A DNA stretch of 47,989 bases from Candidatus Giovannonibacteria bacterium RIFCSPHIGHO2_12_FULL_44_22 (lineage in GTDB: Bacteria; Patescibacteriota; Minisyncoccia; UBA11713; 2-01-FULL-45-33): NCBI GenBank assembly GCA_001778695.1, contig MFHU01000017.1:21214-69202 (forward strand). The letters run 5' to 3'. Positions within the stretch are counted from its first letter, which is position 1, and the number at the start of each line of letters is the position of its first letter. The notes under the pieces were generated by a model. That model saw only the letters and a program-made list of their open reading frames with translations, was not told the origin of the DNA and made no database searches. A program made the position numbers and the translations under genes. Shown here one piece after another: positions 45,674-47,989 of the stretch.

Positions 45674-46636
45674 TTATTTTTGAGCTTTTATTATGTTGAG
45701 TATTTTTTCTACTTTTTTAATGCTTTCCGAATCGTATATTGAAATCGCTAGGGCTTGCGGATTTATTTTTTTGAGCGCCGATAATTTTTCTTTCACTTCC
45801 TTTTCGCCCCACAAATCGTTTTTTGTAAGAAACAGATATTCCTGTTTTTCCAAAAGTTCTTTTTTGTAGGCGCCCAGTTCTTTGCGTATTATTTCGTAAT
45901 CTTTTTTAGGATTCGCGGACTCCGCCGAAATAAAATGAAAAAGTATCCGGGTGCGCTCAATATGGCGCAAAAATTGTATGCCCAGCCCTTTCCCGTCAGA
46001 AGACCCTTCAATTAGTCCGGGAATATCCGCCAAAATAAGCTCATAGTAGGCGCCGAGAGAAGGTTCCAGAGTCGTGAAGGGATAATTAGCGACCTTGCTC
46101 CGCGCTTTGGTGAGAACATTCAACAAGCTTGATTTGCCGGCGTTAGGCAGGCCCACAAATCCGACATCGGCAATAAGCTTAAGTTCCAGCCGGAGTTCAA
46201 AACTTTCGCCAAGGATGCCCGGCTGAAATTCTTTTGGCGAAGTATTAACGGAAGAACGAAAATGAAAATTGCCTCTGCCGCCCAGCCCGCCTTTCGCGAG
46301 CAAGATTCGCGCGCCGATCTTTTCTATTTCAATATCCTTGCCGGTCGCGAGATTATGAATAATTGTTCCCATGGGAAGTTTTAATATCAAATCTTTTCCG
46401 GCGTTGCCGTCGCGAAATTGCCCGCGGCCGTCTATGCCGTCCTCTGCCGCGGATTCTTTTTTGAAACGGAACTGGCCCAAAGCGCCGAGGTCCGATACTC
46501 CCACCGCGTAAACATTTCCTCCATCGCCGCCTCTTCCTCCGACTGGCCCCAGGCTATTTACATTTTTATTAAAAGCCACAGAGCCCTTGCCGCCTTTGCC
46601 GGCGGAAATTTTTATTGTAATTTCGTCAATCAGCAT
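45674..46636 (-). CDS. obg: GTPase Obg/CgtA without C-terminal extension
   Basis: Gly-rich Obg domain, GLPNAGKSS, YPFTT, DIPGLIEG, FLRHIER. Confidence 0.96.
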   Translation of the reverse strand: MLIDEITIKISAGKGGKGSVAFNKNVNSLGPVGGRGGDGGNVYAVGVSDLGALGQFRFKKESAAEDGIDGRGQFRDGNAGKDLILKLPMGTIIHNLATGKDIEIEKIGARILLAKGGLGGRGNFHFRSSVNTSPKEFQPGILGESFELRLELKLIADVGFVGLPNAGKSSLLNVLTKARSKVANYPFTTLEPSLGAYYELILADIPGLIEGSSDGKGLGIQFLRHIERTRILFHFISAESANPKKDYEIIRKELGAYKKELLEKQEYLFLTKNDLWGEKEVKEKLSALKKINPQALAISIYDSESIKKVEKILNIIKAQK

Positions 46637-46687
46637 AGATACGCCCATCCTAGCTTAAAAACGGATAAGGTGGTAGAATAGAAACCT

Positions 46688-47047
46688 ATGAAACTGTCGG
46701 AAACAATGAAACTGGAGCTGGACAGGAGATTTCAAAAAGTGCTGGCAACTCCGGCGAGCTTTGATTTTCTCGTGGCTATTCATGATTTTGTCCAATATAT
46801 TGAACTTAGCTCTCTTTCAAAACGGCTTCCCATACAATACGCGCATTTGAAACAAATTTATCAGGGAGTGAAAGATTCTGGCGCTAAATCAAAAGGCGAC
46901 TTGGGGCACGCGAGATATATGGTCATCCATGATTTGAACCGGATACAGAATAACGAATTTTCTCAAAATAATTTATTTTGGCGAAAGCAGGAATTCTTCC
47001 GGAAACTGGCGATTGAAATCCACGAAAAACTAAATCCGAGTTTTTAA
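46688..47047 (+). CDS. Hypothetical protein, 119 aa
   Basis: ORF preceded by TGgTAGAAT -10-like box. Confidence 0.6.
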   Translation: MKLSETMKLELDRRFQKVLATPASFDFLVAIHDFVQYIELSSLSKRLPIQYAHLKQIYQGVKDSGAKSKGDLGHARYMVIHDLNRIQNNEFSQNNLFWRKQEFFRKLAIEIHEKLNPSF

Positions 47048-47112
47048 TAACTGTGTATCCTGAATAAAATCCGAACTTTTTACCAAAACAATCCGAGCGA
47101 GGACTAATCTGC

Positions 47113-47323
47113 GCGCCTCGTCCGCTCCCTGCGGTCGCGGGAGCAAAAACCAAAAATTTTCCTTACCTTTCTTCTTTTTCTCGGCGGGGGGTGTGGGGGG
47201 AGCCGACAAAAAATGGAAAGGAAATTTTTGGTTTTGCTTCGCTGTTTCAGACTACTAAAAGAGCAATCTTATTTCAATATTTTTGTTTGCTCTTTTCTCC
47301 GTCCTCACGGCGAGACGAGGCGC
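47113..47323. other. Multi-stem structured non-coding element
   Basis: Closing stem GCGCCTCGTC/GACGAGGCGC enclosing several hairpins. Confidence 0.6.
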
Positions 47324-47503
47324 TTCCTCTCCGCGTTTGGTGGTAGCTTGAAACTCTGTGCCTTCGACAACGGACAGTGATAACTCATAAAGCGGATTGT
47401 GCTAAGCACAAACAAATCTATATGTGCTTGCCCCGCCCGCCCTGTGCGCGCACAACCCCCCGCCGTTTTTAGGAAATATTATAAAACGGCGGGGATTGCT
47501 CCC

Positions 47504-47887
47504 TTAAAAGATAAAGCTTATTAAAATTCCGTACACCGCGAACTGAATTGCTAGATAAACAGTCTCCATCCAAAAAAATTCAAAATGTCGGACTGCAGAA
47601 CTTTTTCCCATCGTGGCTAAAACATGTGCGCTCCAGAGAAATAGACCCATCACGAGTGCATAGCTAATACCTGCGAGCATTGAAGCGTGATTGACCGTAA
47701 GAACAGAATAGCCATACGAAAGCACTATGCCTTGCACAACCATAGAACTAAGACCGAGTATCGGCTTCACATCCTCTCCGAAATACTTCCACGCCATATA
47801 CTTCGTTCTAAATATCTTCATGTGCCACAAAACAGCCAAAGGAAATGTGACGACGATATATGCAATTGTTCCAAGTAAAATTTGCAT
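47504..47887 (-). CDS. Four-TM membrane protein
   Basis: Hydrophobic 127-aa ORF; hairpin CCCCGCCGTTTT/AAAACGGCGGGG downstream. Confidence 0.75.
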   Translation of the reverse strand: MQILLGTIAYIVVTFPLAVLWHMKIFRTKYMAWKYFGEDVKPILGLSSMVVQGIVLSYGYSVLTVNHASMLAGISYALVMGLFLWSAHVLATMGKSSAVRHFEFFWMETVYLAIQFAVYGILISFIF

Positions 47888-47892
47888 ATGTT

Positions 47893-47988
47893 TTAGGCAG
47901 CTTCAAATCTTGCCTTATTTTCAACCATCCACTTCTGCTGTTCTGCCTTCTTCTCCTCGTCGGAGAGTCCAGCCTTGCCCTTCATCAC
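47893..47988 (-). CDS. 3' end of a CDS truncated by the window edge
   Basis: ...VMKGKAGLSDEEKKAEQQKWMVENKARFEAA*, ending 5 nt before the next ATG. Confidence 0.55.
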   Translation of the reverse strand: MMKGKAGLSDEEKKAEQQKWMVENKARFEAA

Positions 47989-47989
47989 G

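Overview
Core-genome window from a reduced bacterium, most likely Patescibacteria/CPR (Parcubacteria-like). This is inferred from the compact operons, the unlinked intron-containing 16S gene, tRNAs without encoded CCA and a PaaX/Cas2-like orphan gene. It holds translation, cell-shape and division genes: rpmF, nusB-Nudix, rnc, short smc, rpsP, khpA, trmD, murA, two mreB, holB, frr, rseP, proS, mreCD, mrdA, greA, lysS, mraZ, rsmH, ftsL, ftsI, murF, serS, ftsQ, dnaX and obg. It also holds three tRNAs, a two-component cluster and two GT-C glycosyltransferases. The 16S gene carries a group I intron at E. coli position 788 and a group II-like intron near position 1398 that encodes a LAGLIDADG endonuclease. 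The top finding is in the group I intron: two helix tips each hide a complete antisense transcription unit (TTGACA promoter, gene, intrinsic terminator). One encodes a 50-aa hydrophobic peptide that the ORF track missed. The other encodes a tRNA-like RNA with no normal anticodon loop. Other notable points: the 16S 3' end lacks the anti-SD, many core genes look leaderless, several palindrome families sit in-frame inside proteins, a Cas2/PaaX-like gene is bracketed by 36-bp dyads, and a direct-repeat-flanked insertion splits mreC from mreD. All calls are by eye; no searches were run.
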